The notes below the pieces were generated by a model. The model made no database searches. It was not told the DNA's origin and saw only the letters and a program-made list of their open reading frames with translations. A program made the position numbers and the translations under genes. A stretch of DNA of 63,713 nucleotides, the filler included, from Octopus bimaculoides (taxonomy: Eukaryota), in the NCBI RefSeq assembly GCF_001194135.2. It is 6 parts of 5 records of this genome, joined end to end, with 100 filler letters (N's around TTAATTAATTAA, not from the genome) between each part and the next. Parts side by side here need not be neighbours in the genome. Positions count along the whole stretch, not along the records: positions 23,787 to 52,713 come from NC_068989.1; 5 more parts are not named here. One strand, given 5' to 3'. Shown piece after piece: positions 24,062 to 37,829 of the stretch (its first letter is position 1; each line of letters begins with the position of its first letter).

Positions 24062-27000
24062 ATATATATGTATGTATGTATGTATATGTATGTGTGTGTG
24101 TACATGCATATATGTATACATATGTGTGTGTATATGTGTGTATGTGCATATGTATGGGTGCATATGTATGGGTGTATATTACGCTGTAAACCGGGCGGTG
24201 TACGTCACTGGATTTGATTTGATTTGTTTGTTTACATTCTGAAAGAAAATGACGATGGTAGGTTGCGTACCGTCGATTATTCTTTCACCCTCTTTGATGT
24301 ATGTGTTTTGCTAATAATAGTAGTATTGGTGATGGCAATAATGCGACCCTGAAGAGATGGAATATCCAGCAATTTATAATTTGTAATTTGTAACTTGTAA
24401 TATATTGTAATATGTTATAATATTTTATGAGACATTTTATGATGTGGTTTATTTNNNNNNNNNNNNNNNNNNNNNNNNNNNNNNNNNNNNNNNNNNNNNN
24501 NNNNNNNNNNNNNNNNNNNNNNNNNNNNNNNNNNNNNNNNNNNNNNNNNNNNNNATATATATATATATATATGTATGTATATATGTGTGTGTGTGCGTGT
24601 GTGTATTCTATATGTGTGGGTATACACACACGCACACAGATATATATATGTACACATACACACACGTATACGTACACACACACACACGCACACGCACAGT
24701 TATATATATAGTACAGTCACATAGCTATATATATATATGTACACACACATACGTACACCCTCTTCTATCTTCTTCAGCAGCAGGTATGATTTTTAAGTAG
24801 TCAAATATGTGCGAGATGTACAATATAATATACAACATATATATATACATATATATATACAAGAATAAGGGCAGGGAATCGTCAATTAATAATAGAATTA
24901 ATAATTAACAATTTTGCCAAGTAGTTCAGTATGAAAAAACCTTTATCGGTAAAACCATTTATCATCATAAATATACAGGAATTAGCATTGAGTTGCTTCT
25001 CCAACATACTGAAAATTTAGAAATAGCAGTCAAAGAACTACTGATTCTAAACTACAAATTTTTCTCTAAGCGGATGGCGATATTTATGGCACACATAGAA
25101 CAAAAAACCGGAGGGAAAAGCATAAACAAAACAAGTCTTTAGTTAACCATGAAACGATCGTATCCGATTANNNNNNNNNNNNNNNNNNNNNNNNNNNNNN
25201 NNNNNNNNNNNNNNNNNNNNNNNNNNNNNNNNNNNNNNNNNNNNNNNNNNNNNNNNNNNNNNNNNNNNNNNNNNNNNNNNNNNNNNNNNNNNNNNNNNNN
25301 NNNNNNNNNNNNNNNNNNNNNNNNNNNNNNNNNNNNNNNNNNNNNNNNNNNNNNNNNNNNNNNNNNNNNNNNNNNNNNNNNNNNNNNNNNNNNNNNNNNN
25401 NNNNNNNNNNNNNNNNNNNNNNNNNNNNNNNNNNNNNNNNNNNNNNNNNNNNNNNNNNNNNTACATACATACATACATACATACATACATACATACATAC
25501 ATACATACATACGTACATACATACATACATATGTAATATAATGTGGTTTTAAAAAACCGCTTCAGTAGCCAAGTGATGTATCAGGCAGGAATGAATAAAT
25601 AAAGCACTGCATGTGAGTTAGCAGGCACATGTAACAGGTGAGAGGTTGAACAACAACAATAACAATTGAAATAGCCTTGTGGCGGAAGCAGTGGGTCAAT
25701 GAGTGAAGAAAGATAAGCACTATCACTACTACAGACAAGGCTAACAACAGCGACAACAACAACATCAACAACAACACCATTACTACTCTTGCCGCTAATA
25801 CTGGTTTTATCATAAGCATCAAACCAGTCCCACCACCACCAACAACAACAACAACAACAAAACCACCANNNNNNNNNNNNNNNNNNNNNNNNNNNNNNNN
25901 NNNNNNNNNNNNNNNNNNNNNNNNNNNNNNNNNNNNNNNNNNNNNNNNNNNNNNNNNNNNNNNNNNNNNNNNNNNNNNNNNNNNNNNNNNNNNNNNNNNN
26001 NNNNNNNNNNNNNNNNNNNNNNNNNNNNNNNNNNNNNNNNNNNNNNNNNNNNNNNNNNNNNNNNNNNNNNNNNNNNNNNNNNNNNNNNNNNNNNNNNNNN
26101 NNNNNNNNNNNNNNNNNNNNNNNNNNNNNNNNNNNNNNNNNNNNNNNNNNNNNNNNNNNNNNNNNNNNNNNNNNNNNNNNNNNNNNNNNNNNNNNNNNNN
26201 NNNNNNNNNNNNNNNNNNNNNNNNNNNNNNNNNNNNNNNNNNNNNNNNNNNNNNNNNNNNNNNNNNNNNNNNNNNNNNNNNNNNNNNNNNNNNNNNNNNN
26301 NNNNNNNNNNNNNNNNNNNNNNNNNNNNNNNNNNNNNNNNNNNNNNNNNNNNNNNNNNNNNNNNNNNNNNNNNNNNNNNNNNNNNNNNNNNNNNNNNNNN
26401 NNNNNNNNNNNNNNNNNNNNNNNNNNNNNNNNNNNNNNNNNNNNNNNNNNNNNNNNNNNNNNNNNNNNNNNNNNNNNNNNNNNNNNNNNNNNNNNNNNNN
26501 NNNNNNNNNNNNNNNNNNNNNNNNNNNNNNNNNNNNNNNNNNNNNNNNNNNNNNNNNNNNNNNNNNNNNNNNNNNNNNNNNNNNNNNNNNNNNNNNNNNN
26601 NNNNNNNNNNNNNNNNNNNNNNNNNNNNNNNNNNNNNNNNNNNNNNNNNNNNNNNNNNNNNNNNNNNNNNNNNNNNNNNNNNNNNNNNNNNNNNNNNNNN
26701 NNNNNNNNNNNNNNNNNNNNNNNNNNNNNNNNNNNNNNNNNNNNNNNNNNNNNNNNNNNNNNNNNNNNNNNNNNNNNNNNNNNNNNNNNNNNNNNNNNNN
26801 NNNNNNNNNNNNNNNNNNNNNNNNNNNNNNNNNNNNNNNNNNNNNNNNNNNNNNNNNNNNACCCATCGACACCATCACTATCATGACCAATATTGAAACT
26901 GCCACAAAGATGTCGATTAGACCAAGTTGATGAGGATGATGAAAATGATGATGATCATGACTACGACGACGACGACGACGACGATGAAAATGAGAAGAAG

Positions 27001-27834
27001 AAGAAGAAGAAGAAGAAGAAGAAGAAGAAGATTCATTTCATCGACCTTGGTATCATTTCAACTGAATCAGATTTGGACACGACATATCAAAGATTGAAAC
27101 CAGTTTTTTCTTTTTTCTGTTTTTAAACATTTAATCCAATGACTTCTAGAAGAGGATATCACCCTAGAGTGCCAAATGAACACTCCACCGTACTTTTCCA
27201 ACCATCCTGCAAAACAGAAAAGACCTTCACGTAGATAACAGCACATCACAATTACACTTTAACTCCATTCACCCGAGTTCTGTGTGTGTCATTAGCAGAG
27301 TGCACTCTCGCTGTTGGAGAATAGCTTCGCTCTTCTTTTTTCACCAATCACTGAGGCCCTGCTAAAAGGCGATGGGTACCACCCTTCCTTCTCTAAGCAA
27401 GTCTAAGCAAAAAAATATTAAATTGTGCATTTCATACTATAAGGGGAGCCATGGCTGGAAGCAATAGAAGACAGGGATAAAGTGTTTCTAAAAAAAAACT
27501 ACAAGAATCCTTCTTTTGTTTTAAATGTTCCAAGGTTTTATCCGGTTGCAATCTTCTGTACATTGTTACTGTTTTAGTAATATGCATACGAAATGATGCG
27601 TTATAATTTTAGTTAATTTTCTTTCTCTGACCTCACACGAACTCTGTTTTGTGTACTTAAATGTCTCCTGAAGCTACATATCCAAGTCATCTATGTTAGA
27701 GTGTTGAATGGTAGCTTGGGACTTGTTTGTGGTTTTCTTCAGCTCACCTATATAATAATATTCGGGACATTGTGTAGTTTTTTTAGGATTCTTGATAGTT
27801 GCAGATATGATGCTACTTGTTTCATTAAAAGGTC

Positions 27835-28498
27835 ATCTCCAGCATGCACCGAATGGGTTCACTGTCGAGTGCTGCAAGGCAGAACAAAGAATTAGTGTTG
27901 CGAAGACTGAAACATTGATCTTCTCAAAAAAGTCTCCCCAGTGTACCCTGCGTATCTCAAGGCCATATTCACGAGTGATATAAGCTGGGGGCTGAGCTGC
28001 GTACTAGAATTACGGGTGCCAGCACTCGATCCTCGGAAGGTAAAAAAGCCAAACTTCGGTTTCGTGTCTGTTCTCTCCTAAGGTCTTTAACGTTGGGTAA
28101 TGACCGAAGGAGTACAATTGCGAATACAAGCGGCCGAAATGGGGTTCCTCGGAAGGATCTCTAGAGTAACATTATTCGACAAGGTACGTAGCTCGGAGTC
28201 TCTCCAGGTCGAGCAGCTACTTCTCCCCAACGAGAAGCCACAGCTCCAGTACAACAGACATGTAGTTAGAATGTCGCAGAATAGAATCGTAAGATGGATT
28301 CTTCAAGCTGCGCTAACCGGCAGGAGATCTAGGGGTAGACCAAGAGTTAAATGGCTGGATAATATCCACAGTTTCAGTTGGTCACACTTATGAACCCAGC
28401 CGGAAAATCTAATAGCATTTGCTTCTGATAGGACCCTATGGAAGAGGCACCTGAGGACTCTACTCTGATGGATGGATGGGTGGATGGATGGATGGATA
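27835..28498 (+). mobile_element. RTE (Expander/Rex3-like) LINE 3' fragment with (GATG)n tail
   Basis: ISVAKTETLIFS; IQAAEMGFLGRIS..DKVRSS..GRRSRGRPRVKWLD. Confidence 0.9.
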
Positions 28499-29519
28499 TC
28501 GTTAGCATAGCTAATGAGTGTGCCAGTTCTGAGGATATGCCTGAGAGAGTTATTACAAATATTAACAGTCTAAAGTTAGTCTCTGAGGAACTTCACGCCA
28601 AACGGTTGAGTTTTTTTTAAAGGTACCGTTTAAAAGGTACCGTTTAAAAGGTACCGTTTAGCAACTTCACTTCTTCAATATTGCCTTGAGAGATAAGTAT
28701 TTGTGTATGTGTGTCTATGTGTATATAAGTGTTTGTTTGTTTGTTTGTTTGTGTGCGCGAGCGAGCATGAACAATTATTTTGTTGAACGTATACTCTGTA
28801 ATATCTATGTTGGTGATTATGATGTTTGGTTACTCTTGGGTTTGTGAAAATGCTCTTGCTTTGCTCATTGATCTATAGTTGTGTTGCGACAATGATGGAC
28901 ATGTATCGGCGGAGAGTTAGGAAATTAATTGTTATGAATATAAGTAGATGTGTTAGACAGAAAGTTATGCCTGGAGAGTACGTGTAGTTACCTTAGTGAG
29001 GATGTATTAATGTGGATTGTTGAGAGTTTGGAGTTTGCGATGCTACTCTGTCTCTCGTGTTATCTGTATTTTTTTTTCACGTTGAGTTGAGTCCATAAAA
29101 ATTCCCTCCAATTGTTGGTGTTGTTTAAGTTCAGATTAATCTTGATTATACAGATCAATGTTAAAAGGATTTTACCTGCGTGATTGTCTCATCAATATGG
29201 TAATCCAGAACCACATTATATGTATCGCTTTCTAAAATGGTAGGGTATGATTTGGGAGAGATCTGGCTGCTATTTCTAGCAAGTGTAGCAACCATGTAGT
29301 GCTTTCTTGTCCAATTTTCTCTCATTGATAGTGTTTCGAATAACGTTAAAGAGTTGTAGTTGAGAGAATGTAGTCTATCAGATACATGTATATGTTCGTG
29401 CGTGTAGCTATATATGTGAATGTATAATATTTATATGTATCGGTGTATCTATCTATATATCCGTCCAACCGGTGCCAACGTGAAAAGGGGGTGTTGGTAA
29501 AGTGACACCGATGAGGATG

Positions 29520-30060
29520 ATCATACACGGTTTGTAGGTGTGTAGAGAGAGAGCTTAGGAGAGCAGTGGAGCAGTCTATGACTTGGACCTGTTGAGCCCA
29601 CAACTGATCAAGGGTAACCTCGATTCAGAAAAAAATATCATATTTTCTCTGTTAGGATTCGAAATCCGAATCAATGAGAGGATGAGTAATGGAGATAGGA
29701 AAGGGAGTCAGTAGGTTTGTTGTAGACTGGGGTGAGCAGGTGGATACTGTTGATTGTGAAGGGGATGTTCAGAAAACGAACGGAGATATCAGATATGTTA
29801 GAGGTAAATTCCAAGGCGAGCGAATAGAGTTAATAAAAAAGATTAATTCTATCGAGCTGTTTTCTGGTGAAGGTAGTTGCACCGACATAATCGTCAATTT
29901 AATGACCATAGAGTTCTGGTGTGAGTCCCGCCAATTGGGCAAAGATTTCCTCCTCACTGTAGCCTACAAGGAAAGTTGCGTAAGTGGGATCCTACTTAGT
30001 TCCCGATGTGACCCCGCTAGCTTGTTTGTAAGATTTCTCAAAGAAGGAAAAGCAATTAAG
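29520..30060 (-). mobile_element. Penelope-like element reverse transcriptase remnant
   Basis: GVTSGTK*DPTYATFLVGYSEE..PELYGH*IDDYVG..VYNKPTDSLSYLHYSSSH..FFLNRGYP, typical PLE RT motifs. Confidence 0.8.
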
Positions 30061-30201
30061 GGTTAGGGTGGGTTCATTTAAACGGAAAAAATGTTGTAGT
30101 GCTAGGTACAGGGAAGGGGTTGCTGATTAGGAAGTGTCTAAGGGCTGATAAGCTGTTGTTGTAAGGGATGACTGATTTAAAGTCCATGATGTATGTATTT
30201 A

Positions 30202-30239
<38 letters not shown>

Positions 30240-30840
30240 ATAAATGAAAAAGGATACATACATACACAAACATACACATATACACATTTATGTATGATGT
30301 GATGCAAATTTTCAGATACTGTTTATATTCTGTGCGGTGCTGTTAGAAGAGAGATAACAATGTTACGTCAGATTTTTTTATTATTACTATTGTATTATTG
30401 ATGTAGTTTATGTCGTAGTCTTGGAGATGTTTGTTAAATGTTGTTGTCTGTTTCTGTGTAGAAAGGACCTAGGCCTTTACAGATTTCAAGGCGTTTGTGT
30501 GTCGACATTTCTTTTGGGGCCCCACTGTTCTGAAATGCATATTTTCTCCAATTGTTCTGTATCAAATTTTTCTTCTCCATTCTTCGTTTTCTATTGGTGT
30601 ATTAAAATAGATACGAAAATCTGAAGGCATAAAACCTGCAAATGCCATTTTTCAGCGTCAAATAGAAAAAAAAAACTTGTACGATATTAAAAAATATGAA
30701 ATAATCTATTAAGATGACGTGTGTGGATACAGTTACCGCGAACAAACTATACTTGAAAACCAATACTATAATGAATCGACTGAATGATGCAAGCATAGCT
30801 ATTATTTCAAACAATTATACCTTTAATAAGAACAATTATA

Positions 30841-31680
30841 CGAGATGGTATCGAAAAGTTCCAGGACTAGTTATGCTCAATAAAAATAACTTATTTACCT
30901 AAGTTTTAACATCATCTCCTTCGAAATAGTCACCTTGCGCAGCAATATACCGATCCCAGCGTTCCTGCCACTTTTAAAATCCGGTTTAGAAGTCGTTTTC
31001 CGTAAGCGAGGGCGAGGACCTTCTGTGATTCGCTCTGAGTCTCGACAACGGTGTTGAAACGGTGACCTTTCACCTACATTTTCATCTTGGGGAAGAGATG
31101 GAAGTCTGCAGGAATTAAATCGGGTGAATATGGCGGGTCCGGAAGCGATAACATGTTGTTTTGGGCGAGAAACTCGCAAGTGAAGAGAGCTTGGTGACAG
31201 GGTGCATTTTCGTCGTAAAGAATCCAGTTCTTCGCGGTTCATAGATCAGGTCGCTTTCGCCGAATGTCCTCTCTCAAAAGCCTCAAAACATCGCAGTAGA
31301 ACTCACGATTGATGGTCTGGCCCTGGGGGACGAAGTCTCGCTGCACAAAACCACATTTCCGGGAGGGGGGTCGCTCGTGGCAAGTCTTCCAGGTCGCACA
31401 TCGTCTTCCAGGGACGTTCTTCGGCTTTTGAAGCATCCGTGCCACTCGAAACATTGTGTACGACCCATTGCTTCGTCGCCGTAAGTTTGCCGAAGCATGT
31501 TCAATGTCTCTATAGCAGACTTCCCAAGTTTAAAGCAAAATTTCACGTTGGCTCTTTGTTTTAACTTCCTGTCCATGACAAAATCGCAGACTACAGCAGC
31601 ATACAAGTGACCACAAAAACACAAATTTCACAACTTGCAGAGTAAACACAGTGATTTCACTCAGCACACTGCCTCATGAA
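30841..31680 (-). mobile_element. Mariner transposon, internally deleted
   Basis: QRANVKFCFKLGKSAIET..EWHGCFK..SLEDD; FVPQGQTINREFYCDVLRLLREDIRRKRP; TA|CGAG.. end at 30839-30841. Confidence 0.9.
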
Positions 31681-32383
31681 GGTCACTGCTAGGTCTCACT
31701 GCGCATGCAACAGTGTGCTGACATTTGTTGGCGCGCTACAGAACTCGTTCGAGAACCAGGAATTAAAATCACAATCTTACGCTCGTGAGTCCAACACCCT
31801 AACCACTGGGCTACGTGCCTCCACGTTGGCTACAATGCTTCGTGGTATTTGTTCTAACTATCTACACTCTGTGTTCAAATACTACCGAGGCTAACTTTGG
31901 TTTCATCTTTTCGGGGTCGATAAAAAACGGTACTAATCTTAAGCAGTGGATTGGTGGAATTGTACGAACATCGGGCCGGATGAATTATTGCAGTTGTTCC
32001 GGCATTTTACGTTCTGAGTTCAAATCCTGTTCCGCTCTGCTTGGATGGTAGACTTAACCCGTCGCTCAGTTTAATATAATCGGAATGGCATTTTGATGCC
32101 TTTGGCAGAACCCACCCTATGGAAAGCATTTAGTTTCCAGTTTGAGGAAACCTCCCTCCCTCCAGTTTTGGAAGCCCTGTAACGTGTCATGAGTACTGCC
32201 CTCACCCCATCTACTAAAAAATTTTTTAAAAACGATTCTTTTAAAATTCCATTTCACAGAAACGCGGTTGTTCAGGTCGACTTTTGGTCCTTAAAATATT
32301 ACATGTATCTCTTTTTGATAAGAAATAACTGGAATAAATATTTAGAAATGGTAAATTTTGATAGTCGGTATTCTTATATGTGA

Positions 32384-32703
32384 AGGTGCGTGGCTTAATG
32401 GTTACAATATTCAGCTCACGATCATAAAGTCATGAGTTCGAGTCCTGGCGGTGTGTTGTGTCCTTGAGCAAGGCACTTTATTTCGTATTGTTCCAGTTCA
32501 CTTTATTGGCAAAAATAAGTAGAACCTAAATTTCAAAGGACCAACCTAGTCACTTCTTTTATCACTCTAAATCTCTCTGAGAACAAGGTTAAGGGTACAC
32601 GTGTCTATTGAGTCCTCGGCCACTTGCGCATTAATTTCACGAGCAGGCTATTCTGTTGATTGGATCTACTCGAACACTTGTCCCCCTCACCGACGGAGTA
32701 CCA
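32384..32703 (+). mobile_element. tRNA-derived SINE family C (CORE-like central domain)
   Basis: gtgtccttgagcaaggcacttt..ttaagggtacacgtgtc..ttaatttcacgagcaggct; also at 31745-31826, 34495-34792, 40885-40966 (all minus). Confidence 0.8.
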
Positions 32704-33094
32704 AGAAGAGTGAATTCTGAAATAATAGAATATTACGTAAGAAAAGCGAATTTCTGTATACAAATGTTCAGTGAAATGTATCTAAGAATTAAAAAAAGTA
32801 CAACTTTTGAAAATTTTGACTTGTGGATATTTGATGCCAACGATTACGTCACATTGAAAACTGAAGCTCGTAAAGATTGTTAGAAATGTTATCAAAGACG
32901 TCACATTGGTAATTGATGCTAATCGAAGCGATTTTATATCAGGAATTTTATCGTTAGATTACCACCTAATGCTATATTTATCAAAAAGTTAACCTCTACT
33001 GAATGTAATTATTCTAATATTGAAAGAAAAACTTTAGCAATTATGTCGACCAAAAAACGATGCCATCATTTTCTATTTGGTAAAAAAAAATGCT

Positions 33095-33304
33095 TGTATA
33101 GACCATGTTTCAGTCATTGGACTGCGGCCATGCTGGAACACCGCCCTGAATGGTTTAGTCTAACAAATCGACCCCAGTACTTATTTTTCTTAAGTCCAAT
33201 ACTTAATCTATCGGACTCTTTTGTCGAAACGCTAAGTTACGAGGACATAAAAAAAACAACAACGGTTGTCAAGCGGTGGAGGAGGCCAAACAGAAATACA
33301 CACG

Positions 33305-33359
<55 letters not shown>

Positions 33360-33548
33360 NNNNNNNNNNNNNNNNNNNNNNNNNNTTCTTTCAGTCTCCA
33401 TCTAAAACATCCACTCGTGAGACTTTGGTCAGCCCGAGGCTATAACAGAAGCCACTTGCTCAAGGTGCGACGCAGTGGGACAGAATCCGGAACCATATGG
33501 TCGAAAAGCTCTTTGTGAATTTCTTGCTACATACTCATGCCTGCGCCT
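33095..33548 (-). mobile_element. SINE family B
   Basis: Matches 5133-5534. Confidence 0.8.
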
Positions 33549-34071
33549 ACTCCTACGCCTGCTCCTTTGTCTCTTGAATTATCTTCAATCTATGCAAATG
33601 ATTTCCGAAAGCGGCAACTTCGAGGATCATGAGGTGGTCCATCCAGATCCTAGCATCTGATTTTTTGATACCATATATATCCTAGGAAATATTACTCCTC
33701 ACATAAATGTGCTCTATATGTCACACTTTAGAAATATGATGGTGATAGAAGAGTTAGGTACGTCGGAGAGACGCAAATAGATGGCTACTTGCTGGATGTT
33801 GGTATGGAGATTGAATAGGAGAAACTGCCTGAGCAGCGTGATATGAGAAAAAGTGAAGAAGACGACAGAACAATGGGAGAGGGACTAAACGAAATAAGTG
33901 ATAAGGAGAGAGCAATGGATAGTAATGAAGATAATTTGGATGGTGTTGATAAATTTACATACGGGATAGGAACTGACGTGTTGCATCTTGATCGACTTGT
34001 TTCCAGAATAAAAAGGAAGCTTTGAAGCAATTCTTTCAATGCTAAAAACATTTCTTATAAGCATAATAAAC

Positions 34072-34415
34072 ATGCGGCGAGTTGGCAGAGTCGTTAGCGA
34101 ACTGGGCAAAATGCTTAGAAGTATTTCTTCTGGCTTTATATTATGAGTTCAAATTCTGTCGAGGTCGACTTTACCTTTCATCCTTTCAGGGTCGATAAAA
34201 CGAATGCCTCATGTGCACTGGAGTCGATGTAACCGGCTTACCTACTCTTGAGTATGAGTATAAAAACTGCATCCCTCTACCAAGCCTTGTCGAGCCAGAG
34301 TGGCAGAGTAGGCTCAACAAACAAGCGTGATCTCAAGCCGTTCTCTGGGGGAGAGAACACGCTGAGGCCTTTGTCTTGAGTAGACTGGACACGGACAATC
34401 CAATCCAATCCAACC
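34072..34415 (+). mobile_element. SINE family A followed by an RTE-like 3' end with (CCAAT)n tail
   Basis: Family A core 34072-34235; tail aatccaatccaatcc at ~34398-34412. Confidence 0.65.
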
Positions 34416-34494
34416 ATTTGCAACAACAATTTTACTGTTTCGTTAAAGGTGTCTAGAAAGCAAATCTTTATGGCATTCCTAAACTAACTTGCAA

Positions 34495-34792
34495 TCTAAC
34501 GGTTACGACGACGAGGGTTCCAGCTAATCCGATCAACGGAACAGCCTACTCGTGAAATTAACCTGTAAGTGGCTGAGCACTCCACAGACATGTGTACCCT
34601 TGACATAGTTCTCAGGGAGATTCAGCATAACAAGGCTGGTCTTTTGAAATACAGGTACAACTCATTTTTGCCAGCTGAATGGACTGGGGCAACGTGAAGT
34701 GTCTTGCTCAAGGACACAACCCGTCGCTGGGAATTGAGCTCACAGCCTTACGATCGTGAGCCGAATACCCTAACCACTAAGCCACGCGCCTT
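34495..34792 (-). mobile_element. SINE family C
   Basis: Reverse complement of 32384-32703. Confidence 0.8.
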
Positions 34793-34869
34793 CCATTGTG
34801 GAATTATTGTTGCATGTAATTAAATGAAGCTTAAAGCATGCTGGTCTGGTTAGTCATACGATGTTGAGG

Positions 34870-35140
34870 ATTGCATACATAGATGCCCTGAATGGGAAGA
34901 GGTAAGGTATTTTAAAAAGAATTAGCTTCATTCTTGACCCATGATCCACGTGGATCATGGTATTGGATTGATGCTTGTCCTAGTGGATATCTTTTTAAGG
35001 ATAACCAAGTTGTTCGTATTCCTGATAGAAAGAGCGCAACAATAAAAGAGTTGTCCAGGTGGTTTTCTTTCAGAATGGTGTTAAAGGTTTTAGTGTCGAA
35101 CAACGCTCTAAATTTATGACGATAATTCATGTCCTTGGCT
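34870..35140 (+). mobile_element. Ty3/Gypsy integrase core remnant
   Basis: WYWIDAC..DRKSATIKELSRWFS..VLKVLVSNNA resembles rve motifs (VDxxS..L..F..P..LVSDN). Confidence 0.55.
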
Positions 35141-35249
35141 ACTGCTGACTGGTTTCATTCCTTATAGAATAATGTCATATTACCATGAATCAAATGGGAC
35201 TGAAGAATGAACAATTCAAAGAATGAAATTAAGTTAAAGAGTATGTCGC

Positions 35250-35625
35250 TTTACTTCTGAAGCCCCATCAAAGTAGGTTAGAAAGTTCTGCTTCAGTGGC
35301 ACGTCAAATCGTGTATCCTATTCTATAGAACTGCAGACGACATGATACTGTTGGAAATGTGCGCAAAGCTGACATCAGGCAGCTGGAACCCAATTTGAGG
35401 GAGAGAAGGACGGAAGTCTGCTTCGATCTATTGGAAACATTTAAAGCTAATGAAAACATATTTCTTTTTTTCCAAATCTGGCGACAGAGAATGAAGCGAA
35501 GCAATTCTTTGAATGACTTCACATCTCTTCTGCAAAGCCAATGACATTCAACACGCGCAATTTGAGCGACATGTCAGTCAATAAAAAAGTTATGCTTCTC
35601 TTTGCATCACTTACCGTTGAACCGT
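35250..35625 (+). mobile_element. Mariner transposase remnant
   Basis: RERRTEVCFDLLETFKANENIF; TGD..EAKQFFE*LH..KKVML. Confidence 0.55.
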
Positions 35626-36045
35626 CGTATTTATGTATGTATGTATGTATGTATGTATGTATGTNNNNNNNNNNNNNNNNNNNNNNNNNNNNNNNNNNNN
35701 NNNNNNNNNNNNNNNNNNNNNNNNNNNNNNNNNNNNNNNNNNNNNNNNNNNNNNNNNNNNNNNNNNNNNNNNNNNNNNNNNNNNNNNNNNNNNNNNNNNN
35801 NNNNNNNNNNNNNNNNNNNNNNNNNNNNNNNNNNNNNNNNNNNNNNNNNNNNNNNNNNNNNNNNNNNNNNNNNNNNNNNNNNNNNNNNNNNNNNNNNNNN
35901 NNNNNNNNNNNNNNNNNNNNNNNNNNNNNNNNNNNNNNNNNNNNNNNNNNNNNNNNNNNNNNNNNNNNNNNNNNNNNNNNNNNNNNNNNNNNNNNNNNNN
36001 NNNNNNNNNNNNNNNNNNNNNNNNNNNNNNNNNNNNNNNNNNNNN

Positions 36046-36478
36046 TTTCAGAGTAGATTTGAAATTAGAATAAAGAAAGTTCTACCAAGCCAGGAAAGTA
36101 GAGCCACGATGGAGCGACAGTCTTCTCCTACTTGCCAAAAAGAAGGACGCTCGAGCAGGTGTGTTCTCGTGATGCAACATCTAGGTTTTCTTTGTCTATA
36201 CACCAAGTTTCGTCTTTCTCATTACCTTTTTCAAACGACCCAGGAGATCCAAGTAAAATCTTTATTGATCTTCTGGCCACGTAGGACAGACTCATAATGA
36301 ACGATACTTTTGCGATAAAGAAGGCGATCAATATCACTTTCACATTTGAACGACCCAGATGCACTTTTCTTGGTTGTAAAGACGATGTTCCAAACCACTG
36401 CGATGATTGCTTTATTGTTGCGACAACGTAGCCGGGCATCCACGTTTCGTCACCTTTTATGACTGTTTTGTTCGACAT
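36046..36478 (-). mobile_element. Mariner transposase catalytic-domain remnant
   Basis: VIKGDETWMPGY..KQSSQW..RSNVKVILIAFF; downstream HDNAPxH-like and PDLAP-like relics. Confidence 0.85.
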
Positions 36479-36870
36479 CGTAATTGTACACCCTTATTTC
36501 ATCATCTTTTACGACTGTTTTATTCGACATCGTGACCATACACCGACGTTTCATCACCTTTTATGACTGTTTTGTTCCGACATCATAACCATACACTCAC
36601 GCATTGTCACCTCTTACGGCAATTGTCCCGACATTCCAGCTGTACGACCACGTTTCGTCATCTTTTACGACAGTTGTTCTCTCAACGTAGCCGGATGCCC
36701 ACGTTTCTCACCTCTTAAGATAGTTTTGTTCTGACATCACAACCGTACACCAACGTTTCGACATCTCTTACCACAGTCTTGTTCCGACATCGTAGCCGTA
36801 CACTCGTCAACTCTTATGACAGTCATGTTTTGACATCACGTTTCGTCATTTTGTACGACAGTTTGCAAAA
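36427..36870. repeat. Diverged ~52-bp minisatellite, ~9 units
   Basis: Unit starts 36427, 36479, 36531, 36584, 36635, 36686, 36738, 36791, 36837. Confidence 0.9.
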
Positions 36871-37582
36871 ACTTTACATCGGCATACAAACGATCAAATA
36901 GCTCCTAACTGTGACAACAAATTTTGCACAGTAACACGATATTTTTTTCATAAACACACTTGGTACCAACTTTTACAGACGCCTACTTTCGGAAACATCA
37001 CAAACATTCTAGTTAGGATTCTTACGAGTCGTCGTAGCGCACACTTTTGCAATGTGATAGTCATCTGTTGTGGATTGATTCAGTGAATGTTTTTTCCTAA
37101 ACTAAAACGCGGGTACCACTCGTGACATTGCGAATAGCTCAAATAATCTGGCTTTAGGTCTGTTGAAACATTTCTCGAGTTTGTCAAATCCCAAAAAAAA
37201 TTTCACACAAACACGTTTTTCCTAATTTATTTATAACAAATGACAAATCGCCAAGTGGGCCAAACACGTTCACTCTTGCACGAGAAATTCGCCGACGACT
37301 GACTGATGTGGAATAATGTCGCTATTATTAAGCTGCACATAAAAGCCGTCAATATACGTCATTTCAACTGAGGGCACACCATACCGGTTGGTTAACGCGT
37401 GGGTTTAAGTTGATTTATGGTCAGAAATTGTATGTATGTATGTATGTGTATACACACAAACACAAGCATATATGCTTGCATCTCGATATTAAATACACAG
37501 ACGCACTTATATATATGCTTATATATACACATATATATAAGTATATATGTATACGTATATGTATACATGCATCTTTGAATGC

Positions 37583-37617
<35 letters not shown>

Positions 37618-37829
37618 TTCTGTGTGAGTTAGAGGTTGAGAAACCAACTAAGGGATAGTACCTATCCAATATAGTGCTGGTAGTGTACCCAATTATTCAT
37701 ACCCAAATGCTGGTTATTGCGTGGCAATCTCGCAATTGAGTATTATACATGGGCGGGGGTAAAAAGTGGTTTACCCTTGATTTATACGACAAATAAGAAA
37801 GTGGAGAGGATACAAAATCGACAGACACC

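Noticed and set aside
27067-27249. GWLEKYGGVFIW resembling a cytochrome P450 N-terminal motif
   Set aside because: Following residues do not fit and no other P450 exons were found
28619-28660. 14-bp unit x3 (aaaggtaccgttta)
   Set aside because: Simple local slippage with no further structure
33843-34025. Acidic 60-aa ORF as a gene or piggyBac N-terminus
   Set aside because: In-frame stop just upstream, no recognisable motif or splice support
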